A stretch of DNA of 63,573 nt, the filler included, from Cercozoa sp. M6MM (Eukaryota; Protista; Endomyxa: Ascetosporea), in the NCBI GenBank assembly GCA_040357565.1. It is 10 parts of 10 records of this genome, joined end to end, with 100 filler letters (N's around TTAATTAATTAA, not from the genome) between each part and the next. Parts side by side here need not be neighbours in the genome. Positions count along the whole stretch, not along the records: positions 49,428 to 51,955 come from JBDODJ010001748.1; positions 52,056 to 56,518 come from JBDODJ010001135.1; positions 56,619 to 60,592 come from JBDODJ010001257.1; positions 60,693 to 62,426 come from JBDODJ010001938.1; 6 more parts are not named here. One strand, 5' to 3'. Position numbers and translations under genes: made by a program. Below are positions 49,471 to 60,714 of the stretch, one piece after another. The notes under the pieces were generated by a model that did not search any database, was not told where the DNA came from, and was given only the letters and a program-made list of their open reading frames with translations. Positions within the stretch are counted from its first letter, which is position 1. Each line of letters begins with the position of its first letter.

Positions 49471-51942
49471 TACGTGTGCAGGTCCAGTTCGGCATCGACA
49501 CTGCGCATGTGCCAAGGGGGTAAGAGGGAGGGGGGTAAGAGGGGGTAAAAGCACACCTGTTGATGACGCGCTGCCGGCGCGCGTTGTCGTCGAGTTCGCT
49601 CTCGCTGGACAGAGTTTCCTCGTCCGTGTCCTACACAAACACGTACACATGGACAGGACAGATGGACAGGACAGATGGACAGGACAGATGGACAGGGGAC
49701 ACACCTCGACCAGCGTGTGGATCTCGTCCTCCTCCTCATCGTCCGAACTGCCTGCCGGCGCACTTGCGCTGCTCGGGGGGGGGGGGGGCAAACAGGGGGG
49801 GAGGGGGGGGGGGGGGGAAAACAACGCACTCGATCAACGAGAGCGCGCTGAGTAGTTCGGCACGCGCACTTGAGTCCACCGACATGGGCACACTGCACAC
49901 ACACAGACACACACAGACACACACAGACACACAGACACACAGACACACACATGGACAGGTACAGATGTACACATGGACAGGTACAGATGTACACATGGAT
50001 GTACACATGCACAGGTACAGGTGGACAGGTACAGGTGTACGTACTAGGGCTTGTCGGCCGTTGCGCTGGGCGAGCGTCGTCTGACGTTTCGGAACCTGCG
50101 CAGATTGGGACGGGCCAGTTGGAACGGGTCAGTTGGACGGGTCAGTGTGAACACAGGGTCAGTCAGTATGGACGGGTCAACTGGACGGGTCAGTGTACAA
50201 CTCGGGGTCCAGCGAGACCTGCGCGCCCAGTGTCGCCGGCGCCACAACCGTCGACGTGCCGCGCCGCCGCTCTGTTCTCCGAGGGGTAATGAGGTAAGGG
50301 GCAAGGGGTAGGGGGACGGGGTGAGAGGGGGGGGGGGGGGGGAAAAACTACGCAGGTCGAAGCGGCAGAGCACGGCGTCGTCGGCGGCGTCGGCGTCGTC
50401 GTCGAAAACGCCGCCGCCGAAAGTGCGCGCCTCGGTGCTGCGCGCACTGCCGACCGGTCGTCGTTGTTGTTTTCTCTTGTTGTTGTTTTTTTTGTTGTTT
50501 TTCTTGTCGTTGTCCTTCTTGTTGTTCTCGGCTTCGTCGTTGTTGTTTTTCGTGTTGTGCGAGTACAGCGACTGCGCCGACGCCTGCAGCAGCGCGGCGC
50601 TCCACGTGCGCGTCACTTTCGACGACGGCGCGCGGCCCAGTCTGTGTCCACGCGGACGCATTTTGTTGTGACACATTGTTTGGACCGTCCATATGGACAC
50701 ACACACACACACACACACATATACATATATAAGACACATACCGATTAAAGACTTCGAACACGCGGTGCGACATCTGCGGCAGTGCCTGTCAGCGGGAGGA
50801 GAGGGGTAAAGGGGGTAAGAGGGGGGGGCCCAAGAGGGGTAGGGGGGAGGGAGGGGTAAGACACCTTGTGCATGGCACCGCAGAGGCGCAGCACCGCCGC
50901 GAGAATTTCGTCGTCCGGCGATGACAACAGCGACTCGCGACGCTGCTCCTGGGGTAGGGAGTACGGGGTAAAGGGTACAGGGGTCAAGGGAGTCAAGGGG
51001 GACACCTGTCCGCGCGGACGCAGACGGTCAGCGGCGGCGCCGAAAACGACGCGCGCGCGCGGCGGCAGCAGTCGGTTTAGCGTGTCGAACAGGTGTCGCA
51101 CCTGCCGCATCACGGCCTCCGCGCGGTCGTCTTGACCGTCCGCGCGGACGTTTTCGCCCTCCGACTCGTCGCCGTCGCTGTCCGCGCGAACGGTGCGCTG
51201 GTAGCGGTGCAGCAGCTGACCACTCCGCAGACAGAACCACGAACCGAAAATGTCCAGCAACTGGGACAGGACGGGGGGGGGGTAAGAGGGGTAAGGGGGT
51301 AAAGAGGAGGGGCAAGGGGGTAAAGAGGAGCGGTAAAGGAGACTCACCTGCGACGACAGCAGTCGCAACGCTTCCTCCGAGTTCAACTCGCCCTTGATCT
51401 CCTGCATGGGGGGGGGGTAAGAAGGGAGTGGGGTGGGGGTAAGAAGGGGGTAAAGCATACCTCGCCAGTGGTCTGATCCTCGCAGCTACAGCTCGCACTG
51501 CCCGACGCCGTTCTACTCGGAGAGGGGGGGAGGGTAGGAGGGGTAGGTAGGGAGTAGGACGGGGGTAAGGGTACGCCGGGTGGACGAGGAAGTCGTCGTT
51601 GAGTCGCGGGAAACGTTCGTACTTGAACACGGTGTCACCGTCGTCGTAGCTGCACACAGTGACACAAGCACGTGGTCCAGTCAGGGATCAGTCCAATCCA
51701 GTCAGTCCAGTCCAGTCAGTCCAGTCCAGTCCAGTCAGTGAGCACGTGGTCACAGAGAGATCAATATACGTGGCAGGCGGCACACGGTGCACCTTGGCTC
51801 CCTTGGGTGGCGAGTCCCCCGGTCTGCCCGGGGGTAAAGGGCGGTAAGAAGGGGCAGGGGTGAGGGGGTAAGAGGGGTTAATAGTCCACAGGTACACTGC
51901 CTCCTGCAGCACTTCCAACAGCGACAACGTCTCCTGTGCCGT
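49471..51942 (-). CDS. Internal exons of a large hypothetical protein, both ends in gaps
   Basis: GC-rich exons alternate with C-rich (sense) introns, e.g. YDDGDTVFKYERFPRLNDDFLVHPA and LLDIFGSWFCLRSG. No family recognised. Confidence 0.5.
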
Positions 51943-52134
51943 CTACGGGGGGGGGNNNNNNNNNNNNNNNNNNNNNNNNNNNNNNNNNNNNNNNNNNNNT
52001 TAATTAATTAANNNNNNNNNNNNNNNNNNNNNNNNNNNNNNNNNNNNNNNNNNNNGCGTCACCTTCGAGACCACGATAGGCGGTGCCTTGTTTTTTCCCC
52101 TCTACCCTCTTCCCCCCACCCCATTAAAAGACCA

Positions 52135-53178
52135 TACCGAAGTCTGCTTAATGTCGCCAAACGGAATTTCGAATGTCGTCATCGTGTCCTCTGTGCGGGA
52201 GGGTGGGGTAAAGGGGGTAAAGGGGAGGGGAAAAAACAAGGCACCGCCTATCGTGGTCTCGAAGGTGACGCTCGAATCTTCGACGGCCACAGAGCCCCAA
52301 TGTCGACCTGCCGTTGCTCGCTCGCCCTGGGGGGAGTAAGGGTAGCGGTAAAGGTGGGTAGGGACAAAGGGCCAAAACTACCATATCAACGAACTGCACT
52401 TGCTTCTCGTCAAAGTACTGTCGCACTTGTTCCTTCATCTCCTGCAGGTGTCACATCGACAGGCATAACTTGAACGGTAGGAAGGAAGGAAAGGAAGAAA
52501 GGGAGGGAAGGAAGGAAGGGAGGGAAGGGAGGGAAGGAAGGGAGGGAAGGAAGGGAGGAAAGGAAGGAAGGAAGGGAGGACAGGAAGGAAGGTAGGGAAG
52601 GAAGTCAAGCAAGAAAGAAAGCAAGTCAAGCAAAGAAGGAAAGCAAGAAGCAAGAAGCAAGAAGCAAAAAGCAAGAAGAAGCAAGAAGCACGAAGGAAAC
52701 AACAGACACACCTCCTTGAAACCAACGAAGCGTCGCCAAATTTGTGCCGTCTTCTCGGCATCGCCCTGCAGCACCAGCTTCAGCTCGAACCTGCCAGCAC
52801 ACAGACGCGCGTTTCTCCCTCTGCAGACACAAAAATACAGAAAAGAATCAAAAAAGTACCGAGCACCCGGACGACACCACTGCGCCATCGTGACATTCTC
52901 CAGCGGCACGCGCACTCGCTTGACCTGTCAGTGATGTACTATTTTTGCATCTTGCAGTCAAACTGAAAACAGACTCAACAACAAAGAGTAAGTACGCCTG
53001 TCTTGGTCTGGATACGCCACTCAATCTGCTCATCTTGCAGCTCCAGCTCGCCCGTGACCTGACAGAAAAACCAAAACAGCTGACTCTTCCGCCCGTCCAC
53101 AGAAATACAAACATTGCCCAAAAAGAGGCGGGGTACCATTCGGGGTCCGAGATACGTGATCTCCTTAAAGGTTGTCAT
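52135..53178 (-). CDS. SSRP1: FACT complex subunit SSRP1/POB3, N-terminal part (3' truncated)
   Basis: MTTFKEITYLG...|GELELQDEQIEWR...AQW...FELKL...RRFVGFKE...SNGRHWGSVAVEDSSVTF...TFEIPFGDIKQ matches the SSRP1 N-terminal PH domains (G.NWG, FEIP). Confidence 0.75.
52480..52697 (+). repeat. Intronic (GGAA)n/(GCAAGAA)n purine array (pyrimidine-rich on the SSRP1 sense strand)
   Basis: Read directly. Confidence 0.85.
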
Positions 53179-53329
53179 GACGGCTGCTTGTTTCACACGA
53201 CTGCACACACGCACAACCAGAATACACGACTGGGCAAACCTTAGCAACTCCGGCTCATCCGAGCTGATACGCAGGAGTTTGTCAGCTAAGCGAATCACGC
53301 CTCTGCTTGAGTGTGTTAGAGTGCGCGTG

Positions 53330-55830
53330 ATGTTTCTGAAGTCTCTGTTGCAGGTGAGTTGCACCGGATCCAGCGATTGGCGTCTTTTGCTAGTTTCACG
53401 GGCCAGGGTTGTTTGCTGTGGATGGGCGCGATCACTCCCAGTTTATCGTTGCAACTTTGCAAGCACAGCGGCACTCGCGTCTGTTGGCGGCATCAGCGGC
53501 AGTATTGGGCCTCTGGCACTTCAATGACGGTGCCGCGGCACTGCAGGAGCGTCCGTGGTCGAAACTGGCGTTTCTCCCGGCGCCCGGTGTGGTGACCGCT
53601 ACAGAGCCGAAGGATGAGGAAGAAGAGCCTGTGAACGAGAAGGATGACATGCTGCCGGCTGATGCGACTCTCCCTTTGCTGGTATGGCAACTCATGTGTT
53701 GTCGTTTTTTCGGTTTTTATCCGTTTTTATCTGTTTTATCTGTGTTATGTGTTATGTGTCGACCCACAGGAAGAGTTGTTCAGTGACCCGCGCACGCGTC
53801 GTCGCATGTGCTTCCTGTTTTCTGAAGAGTTGTTTGCTTTATCTCTTTTACCCTTTGTTGATTGAACGCGAAGGGCGCAGCTGCGCATTTTCTCTGGAAG
53901 TGCCAACCCTGCCCTCGCCGAAGAGGTAAGCTTTTTGCTTCCACACTTGGATGTGTTTTATAAAACGTGTGAACGTGTGACATGCAGGTGGCACGTCGTC
54001 TCGGCACGCAAGTCGGCTCACTCGACGTGAATCGCTTTGCCGACGGCGAGATCGGCATTCAGGTACGCGAGTGTCTTTTTTCATGCTTTGCCCGTTGGAT
54101 GCGTGCATGATTTGCACAGGTGCACACGAACGTGCGTGGCAAGGAGGTCTACATCGTGCAGCCGACGTGCCCGCCAGTAGCCTCTCTTGTTGTTAGTGCA
54201 GTTGGGTTCACACAATTGATACAGGGCGTCAACGACAACTTGTTCGAGCTGATTTTGATGATTTCTACCATGCGGTATTCCTCCTCTTTATCTTTGTTAT
54301 TGTGGGGCTCTGTATCAGTTTATCACTCGTTCAGACGTGCTTCTGCTTCGACCATCACTGCCGTCATTCCTTACTACGGGTACACTCTGTTTGTTGATCC
54401 AAAATAGTAAGTTCACTTACAGCGCTCTGTTTGGTGTCACAGCTACGCCCGTCAGGACCGTAAGATGGCGGCTCGTGTGCCGATCTCGGTCTGTTGTTTG
54501 TCTCGTGCTGCCGTTTGACAGATGTGGGCAATCGCATATGGTTGACAGGCAGCTGATGTGGCACGTCTGCTTGAAACCGTCGGCGCCGATCGCGTTGTCG
54601 CAGTTGACCTGTGAGATTCCTTGGCACTTCTTTCGACTGAATTAGTGCCTTTGCATGAGCACATGCTATCACAGGCACTGCGGTCAGATCCAGGGCTTCT
54701 TTGGTCCCCGTACGCCGGTCGACAACCTTGTACTTTCAATAGCTTGCAGGCACCATGTTTGTCGGAGTTTATCGTTGGTGCTGTTGAGCACAGGAAGGCG
54801 CTTCTGTTGCGCTCGATTACTTCGCCAACGTACCTTGTTTTAAATCAATACCTTGTGTGCCTTTTCTATCTGATTGTTCAAACAGCTCGGACTCGAAGGC
54901 AACCGCACCGTCATTGTGTCGCCGGATGCCGGTACTTTTTGTGTGCCTGTACTGAGTATTGAGTGCGCAGTATTGAACGCGTAAACGTGTGTGACTTGCA
55001 GGCGGTGTGCACCGCGCCAAGAAGTTCCGCGACGGTCTCAAAACTGCTGGCATTGATGCCGGTACCCCTTGTTGCCACTTGTCTCTGTTCGAAATACCGC
55101 TGTGTGTCTGTTGTGTTAGGTCTCGCCATGATCATCAAGCAGCGTGCGCGTGCCAACATGATCGAGAGTATGGACCTCGTCGGGTACACTCCTCTGTAGT
55201 CATTAGCGTCCCTTCCTTCCACCTACCACCTACGGTGCTGTGCGCAGTGATGTCGATGGCTGCGACGTCATCATCGTCGATGACATGATCGACACTGCCG
55301 GTGCGTTGATTGCTGTGTCCTGACTGGCTTGACTGGACTGGACTGAGTATTGCTGTGTGTGTATGTGTGTGTGTATGTATGTGTGTATGTGTGTGTGTGT
55401 GTGCTACAGGCACGTTGTGCAAGGCGGCGGCCGAGCTGCGTCGGCGCGGTGCCAAGCGCATCTGGGCCTTTGCGTCGCACGGCCTCTTCTCGGGCCCGGC
55501 CGTGCAGCGTATCAACGACTCGGTCTTCGAGAAGGTCCTCGTGTGCAACACCGTGCCGCTGCCCGAAGGCTGCGAGTGCAACAAGATCCAGCAGCTCAGT
55601 ACTCTCTCCTTGTCCATCATACGAGCCCGTATGACTCCAAACCTGTGAATACATTCGGTCGTGTGACTGTAGGTGTGGCTGACTTGTTGGCCAGTGCCAT
55701 CGCTCGCATTCACTTCCGCCGCTCCATCTCGCAGCTCTTTGAGAATGTACCTTGTTCCAAGAGAGCGTTGCTTCTTTTTTCTGTGCATGTATGCACTTTC
55801 ACTCTCGCACAGCAAGAGGCGCCGCAGTAG
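53330..55830 (+). CDS. PRPS: Ribose-phosphate pyrophosphokinase with an N-terminal extension (18 introns)
   Basis: LRIFSGSANPALAEE, RFADGEI, NDNLFEL, IPYYG|YARQDRK, DL|HCGQIQGFF, VSPDA|GGVHRA, IIVDDMIDTA|GTL, SHGLFSG. Confidence 0.96.
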
Positions 55831-56167
55831 TCCTGGCCCCGGGTCGCACTGTTCAAATCCTGTTCCTTGGTGGACTGCGAAACATGCGTTCACTAGTCGC
55901 GTTGGTCGCCTTCCCTACGTTGGCTTGAATACGTTCGGTCGGGTTGATCATCAAGCGAAGGCCGGCCGCGACGTGGCGCATGTTTAGTTTTATTTCGATT
56001 TATCCCCGGCGGAGTCTCCGAGTCCGTCGGTCGCAGCCACGCTAGCGCCATGTCGGCGACGCACTAGCTACGCTCAAGCTTAAGCCGGACTGAGTTCGAG
56101 CATGCTTCTCGTTGCCAGGGCGGGCAACTTACGTTGATAAATAATCGAATGTCAGTTATTTTGCTTT

Positions 56168-56294
56168 GCCCGCTACCTGCATCGGCCATGAAGTCCACTT
56201 CGTTGTCTGGGGAACGTCAAAAGCGGAGTTGTTAATCCTGCCTTAAGCGGGCGGTAGCGACCCACGCCAAGCTATCGCGGGGGACTACGTAGTT
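56168..56294 (-). ncRNA. Structured dispersed element, copy 3 (5' half diverged)
   Basis: Reverse complement ...GTGGGTC-GCTACCGCCCGCTTAAGGCAGGATTAACAACTCCGCTTTTGACGTTCCCCAGACAACGAAGTGGACTTCATGGCCGATGCAGGTAGCGGGC aligns to copy 1. Confidence 0.6.
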
Positions 56295-56472
56295 ATGTAA
56301 AATTTAGTTCCTTGGATTTCCAGTTAAGAATATCTCAAAATTGATCGTCAGTTCGCCGACGTTTCAGTTTTCGTTCACTACCGGTTGACCAGTTAACAGG
56401 TAATCTCATCGGCATATTTCGTTCGTCGCTCCTGTAAACTTACCACCACCTGTAGCTCGATGCCACGTGTGT

Positions 56473-56518
<46 letters not shown>

Positions 56519-56641
56519 NNNNNNNNNNNNNNNNNNNNNNNNNNNNNNNNNNNNNNNNNNNNTTAATTAATTAANNNNNNNNNNNNNNNNNNNNNNNNNN
56601 NNNNNNNNNNNNNNNNNNCCCCCCCCCCCCCCCCCCTGCAG

Positions 56642-57447
56642 GTGTGTGCCCACGCGGTGTCGCATCGTTGGCTCTCGTTGACGACGGCGCTGCTGGCGTC
56701 CGAGTGTCGTGACGTCGTCGACGTGACGCACGAGGCGCTCGGTCACATTGCGACGCAGCAGGAGCGACTCGACCTGCTGGCCTCGTTGTTGCTGCAGGAA
56801 AACAACAACAGCACCGGCACTGAAACAACAACAACAACAGCAAAAACAACAACAACAACAACAACAACGGCGACCACAGAACTGCGCCAACGACTCGTGT
56901 TCGACTGTGTGCGACACGTGTTTCAACAGACGCTGCAGGCGGCTACGCAGGAGAAACGCGCGCAGGAGAAACGCGCGCAACTGGAGAAACGCGCGCGACT
57001 GGAGAAACGACTGGAGAAACAGCGCCGCAGCAGTACCAGTGCCGAGGCAGAAGCACTCGTCGTAAGCGACCTGTCCGACTCGGACGACAGTGAGGTCGAC
57101 GACGGTGACGCGCTGCTCGCCGCGCTCAACCACGCGCTCGACGAGCTGCCACTTGGTTTCACCTCCTACCCCCACCACATACCTCTTACCCCCCCCCCCC
57201 GGTAGAAGGGGAGACGTTCGCGACTGCCAGGACAGCAGCAGTGCGTGCCATGCAGAGTCGCGTTCGCACGCTGCGCAAGGTGCGCGAGATCGACTCGGTG
57301 CTCGGCGCCGCGGTGCCGGCCGTCTGCGAACTCGAAGTGCTGGAGGACACTGCCGCCGACGCTGCTGCTGCTGCTGCTGCCGAGCAGACGCCGCTGCACT
57401 CCGATCGCGACGACATGTCTGTGTGCTCCGAGCTATCGCTCGCCTGA
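56642..57447 (+). CDS. Last two exons of a hypothetical protein (5' in gap)
   Basis: Acceptor ctgcag at 56636-56641, a long open exon with a poly-Thr tract, a C-rich intron, and a terminal exon ending SELSLA* at 57447. Confidence 0.55.
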
Positions 57448-58121
57448 TGTGACATCGCTCCCCATCATCGGGTAGCCTACCACGCGCACACTGCCCTAGG
57501 CCTGAAACAACCAGTTAGTTGTTACCGCAGCCTTTCAGAAATTGAGGCTTTGGCAGTGCAAAAGAGTACTATGCCAGGAAAAAGACTAAAGAAACGAAAC
57601 AAATGGAATCGGTGTGAAGACGAATTGAGTCAGTAGACGTAGTCAGTTCGGTTCAGATGTAGTTATGTTACAGCTTGAACTACTGTATCCGCGCGGAAGC
57701 AACCCTACAACTTGACTGTGCTGAGTGTGTATCTGTGCTGTGGTAGTCGATGGCATGCTTGCTGAGCTTCAACGTGCGCGTGCGCATCGTGAACTGCTCG
57801 ACGCGACGCTTGCTGAACTCGCGCTCCATAGTGTCGCGCGACACGTAGGGATGGGTGACGTTCCCCGACGTCGTCCGTGCGTGTGGTCGACACGAGCGAC
57901 AAGAGCGTGGACATACGTGTTGTCTTCGCGTGCAGCCACTTCTTCGGCGTCACCGTTATCAACTCTCTGTCGCGAAGCTGTCCTGGGGTGCACGCTGCGC
58001 CCTTGCTCGACGACGGGCATACTGAGTGGACGTTCCGTTGCGTGGTGGTGGAAGTGCAGTCGACGAATGAGTGTCTTCTTCGTGCCTTTTCGACTGCCGT
58101 AACTGCGGCGACTCGTGGTAC

Positions 58122-58123
<2 letters not shown>

Positions 58124-58163
<40 letters not shown>

Positions 58164-58172
58164 CACACACAC

Positions 58173-58215
<43 letters not shown>

Positions 58216-58222
58216 CACACAC

Positions 58223-58279
<57 letters not shown>

Positions 58280-58306
58280 CACACACACACGCACACACAC
58301 ACACAC
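58124..58306. repeat. (CA)n microsatellite; others at 25031-25082, 36678-36782, 58525-58627, 63026-63225, 63450-63573
   Basis: Read directly; mostly intronic. Confidence 0.95.
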
Positions 58307-58522
58307 GTCGCATGCCTATAGGCATCGAGAGTGCACTGCCACCCAGCTGTTGGTCACACTCTTGAGTTCTTGGATAATAGTGCGAATTTGTACGCACGGC
58401 ACCGTGAGTCGGGTGGCACCCACGACACCTTTCGCCTTCCTCTCCAACACTCTTCCGGACGCACAGAGAGCCCTAGAATCTCGGAAGGAGTACTCCCACG
58501 GTATTGTACCTGTATCCCTGCG

Positions 58523-58571
<49 letters not shown>

Positions 58572-58581
58572 NNNNNNNNNN

Positions 58582-58630
<49 letters not shown>

Positions 58631-58649
58631 GAAAGTATCTACGTGTCCA

Positions 58650-59457
58650 GGAGGTGCGAGTATGGCACTACTGCCGGGTCCAGGTGGTGTCTTGGATGCG
58701 TCGACCGAGAAAGTGCTTCTTGTGGCTGGAGCCAGGTAAATTAAAGTAAACCGCCAGCGTCTGCACAAATTTAGCTATGTTGTCCCAGCGGTGGGCAAGG
58801 CGACCGCGTCACTGCGTTAAAAGGCGACGCCTGTGATGCATCGTACTTCAGTCTGCAACCTTTGTATTTATGGCCGCATAAGACTGTAACTGCAGGTCGA
58901 TGACAAGGGGCACATTCGATCAAGCCGCGACTGGAACGACGTGCGTCGTAAAAGCTGCCGGCACGGAAAAGACAGACGGCGCGACGTCAGGCAGTTCCAC
59001 GTCGACCGGAGGTGCTTTGATCTCCAAGCGGAGTTTTTTTCGTTTCTCTCTTCAAATTTATCACGCAGGAAAGGGCTACAACTCCTTGATCCTGAGTTTC
59101 TTTGGGAAAACCGATGTTGTTGATGGCGGTTTTGGCGGTAACTGGTTCCTGTGAAAAAAAACATGCGTGCTCGAATACCAACTCATGCTGACAGGGGGCG
59201 GAGGCTGTGATAACAAAAACGTGGGAGACGCGCCTGCTGGCACGGGAGGCAATGGCGGAGGAGGCGCAGGCTACTCGGGCGGAGATGCAGGAGACTCTCC
59301 ACCAGACGGCGGCGGCTTGGGTGCTGGTGGAGGTGGTAGTATCGTTGCTGGAACTCCAGCACCGACTTCAACAACCGTCACGTCACCTGCGCCCGCTCCG
59401 TTCGCTGCTTTGGACGATGGTAGGGTTCAAGTCGAGTACCTTGGCTCAACTTGCTGA
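58650..59457 (+). CDS. Glycine-rich (ALK/LTK-type Gly_rich domain-like) protein, 3' exons; upstream part unresolved
   Basis: GGASMA...VLLVAGA|GG, DGGFGG|GGG, GGGGAGYSGG, GAGGGGS, DGRVQV..C*. Confidence 0.6.
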
Positions 59458-59851
59458 GGCTTGGATACAGTATAAGTCCGGCAGAACTGGTTTTCGAGGG
59501 TCCTACCGTGCACTATAAACTGACTGGGAATTTAACCAACAATAGGTTTGTAAATTTATACGCTGCTCAGTAATTATGGAATAATTATTGGACTGTAATC
59601 GCTCACAATTGGCACCGCACTCTGAACGTGCAACATTACTGAAGAATTGCTGTGCTTTTGTTCGAATCGAAACTGTACCACTCGACTGGCAGTTCATTTG
59701 GCTCCCTTTTTCGTTTTTTTCGTCTCCGCTTGGCAGACAAATACCGTGGCGTACAGTAGCCCCAACGAGTACAAGGAACTGGTCTGGGGTCTTAGGATAG
59801 TCTAAATTGGGTTTGCGCCCTGTACAGAGACTTTTGCGTCGCGGGAAAGAG

Positions 59852-60592
59852 ATGAAATCGTTGTGGCAGTCGCTTCTGGCGACTGCCGTTTTTTGCAGTC
59901 TGCACGTGCGGGCTTTCAAGTTCGGTGGACACGTCACCATCAACTCTGGCAACTGCGTACATACTGGCAAGTGCGATAAAAACTACGACTGCTGCAGCGG
60001 ACTGTGCGACCAGGTGCAGCGGAATTTGTTGAGCTTGAGTTGATACTTCTAAATTTCCCAGGTGAACGGCTGCGTGACGGAGGCAGAGGTTCGCACGCTG
60101 TTTGCCGCAAGCTACGACCCGAACACACTGTATGCTCGCTTTATCTGTCCTGTTCGAGAGTAAATTCTTAGAGTTGAGACGAATTCGAATCCTGTGCCAC
60201 TCAGTTTCATTCCGAGAACGGACGCATTCGACGGTGCACGTTACGACGGCGGCGTGATCTTTGACTATGACCCAAGCACCACGACGGCAGAAGACACGTG
60301 TGCCAGCGGCAGCATCTGCGTGGTCGGGAACGCCGCCACACAGGGCCAGAGCTCGCGCTTCTGGTTCGGCAAGTGCAGTCCGCTGACGCTCGAGTGCGTC
60401 ACCTACGCCATGTTTGGGTACTGCTGGGTCTCTTACTATATTAGTGGGTTGCTAAAGTGGTCAGGTGGTGTGTGTGCAGACTGGAGAACCGAAAGAAACT
60501 GAGTCGTGTGCCGTGTCCCGACCCAGATGAGACACTCGGACTGTGCTGTGCCTCGGACAGCGACTGCACCGTTGGAGACATTTGCATCCTCA
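59852..60592 (+). CDS. Secreted cysteine-rich protein with a knottin-like motif, 3' truncated
   Basis: Signal peptide MKSLWQSLLATAVFCSLHVRA; CVHTGKCDKNYDCCSGLCDQ|VNGC; later CCASDSDCTVGDIC. Confidence 0.65.
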
Positions 60593-60714
60593 NNNNNNNN
60601 NNNNNNNNNNNNNNNNNNNNNNNNNNNNNNNNNNNNTTAATTAATTAANNNNNNNNNNNNNNNNNNNNNNNNNNNNNNNNNNNNNNNNNNNNACACACAC
60701 ACACACACATACAC

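Noticed and set aside
52056-52271. Perfect 46-bp inverted repeat (52056-52101 vs 52226-52271)
   Set aside because: It copies an SSRP1 exon-intron junction and starts exactly at a contig end. This is typical of a fold-back chimera from amplification or assembly, not a TIR.
9456-53178. Apparent cluster of chromatin genes (RING1, ePHD, SLIDE-like, SSRP1)
   Set aside because: They lie on different contig pieces separated by linkers, so there is no evidence of linkage.
10937-55830. Possible non-standard genetic code or non-canonical introns
   Set aside because: The conserved genes checked (eIF2-gamma, PSMA7, PRPS, BCCIP, ACMSD) splice with GT-AG and show no in-frame stops; TAA, TAG and TGA all serve as terminators in the window.
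57705-58768. Long His-Thr and Cys-Val ORFs in the ORF track
   Set aside because: They are translations of (CA)n/(TG)n microsatellites.
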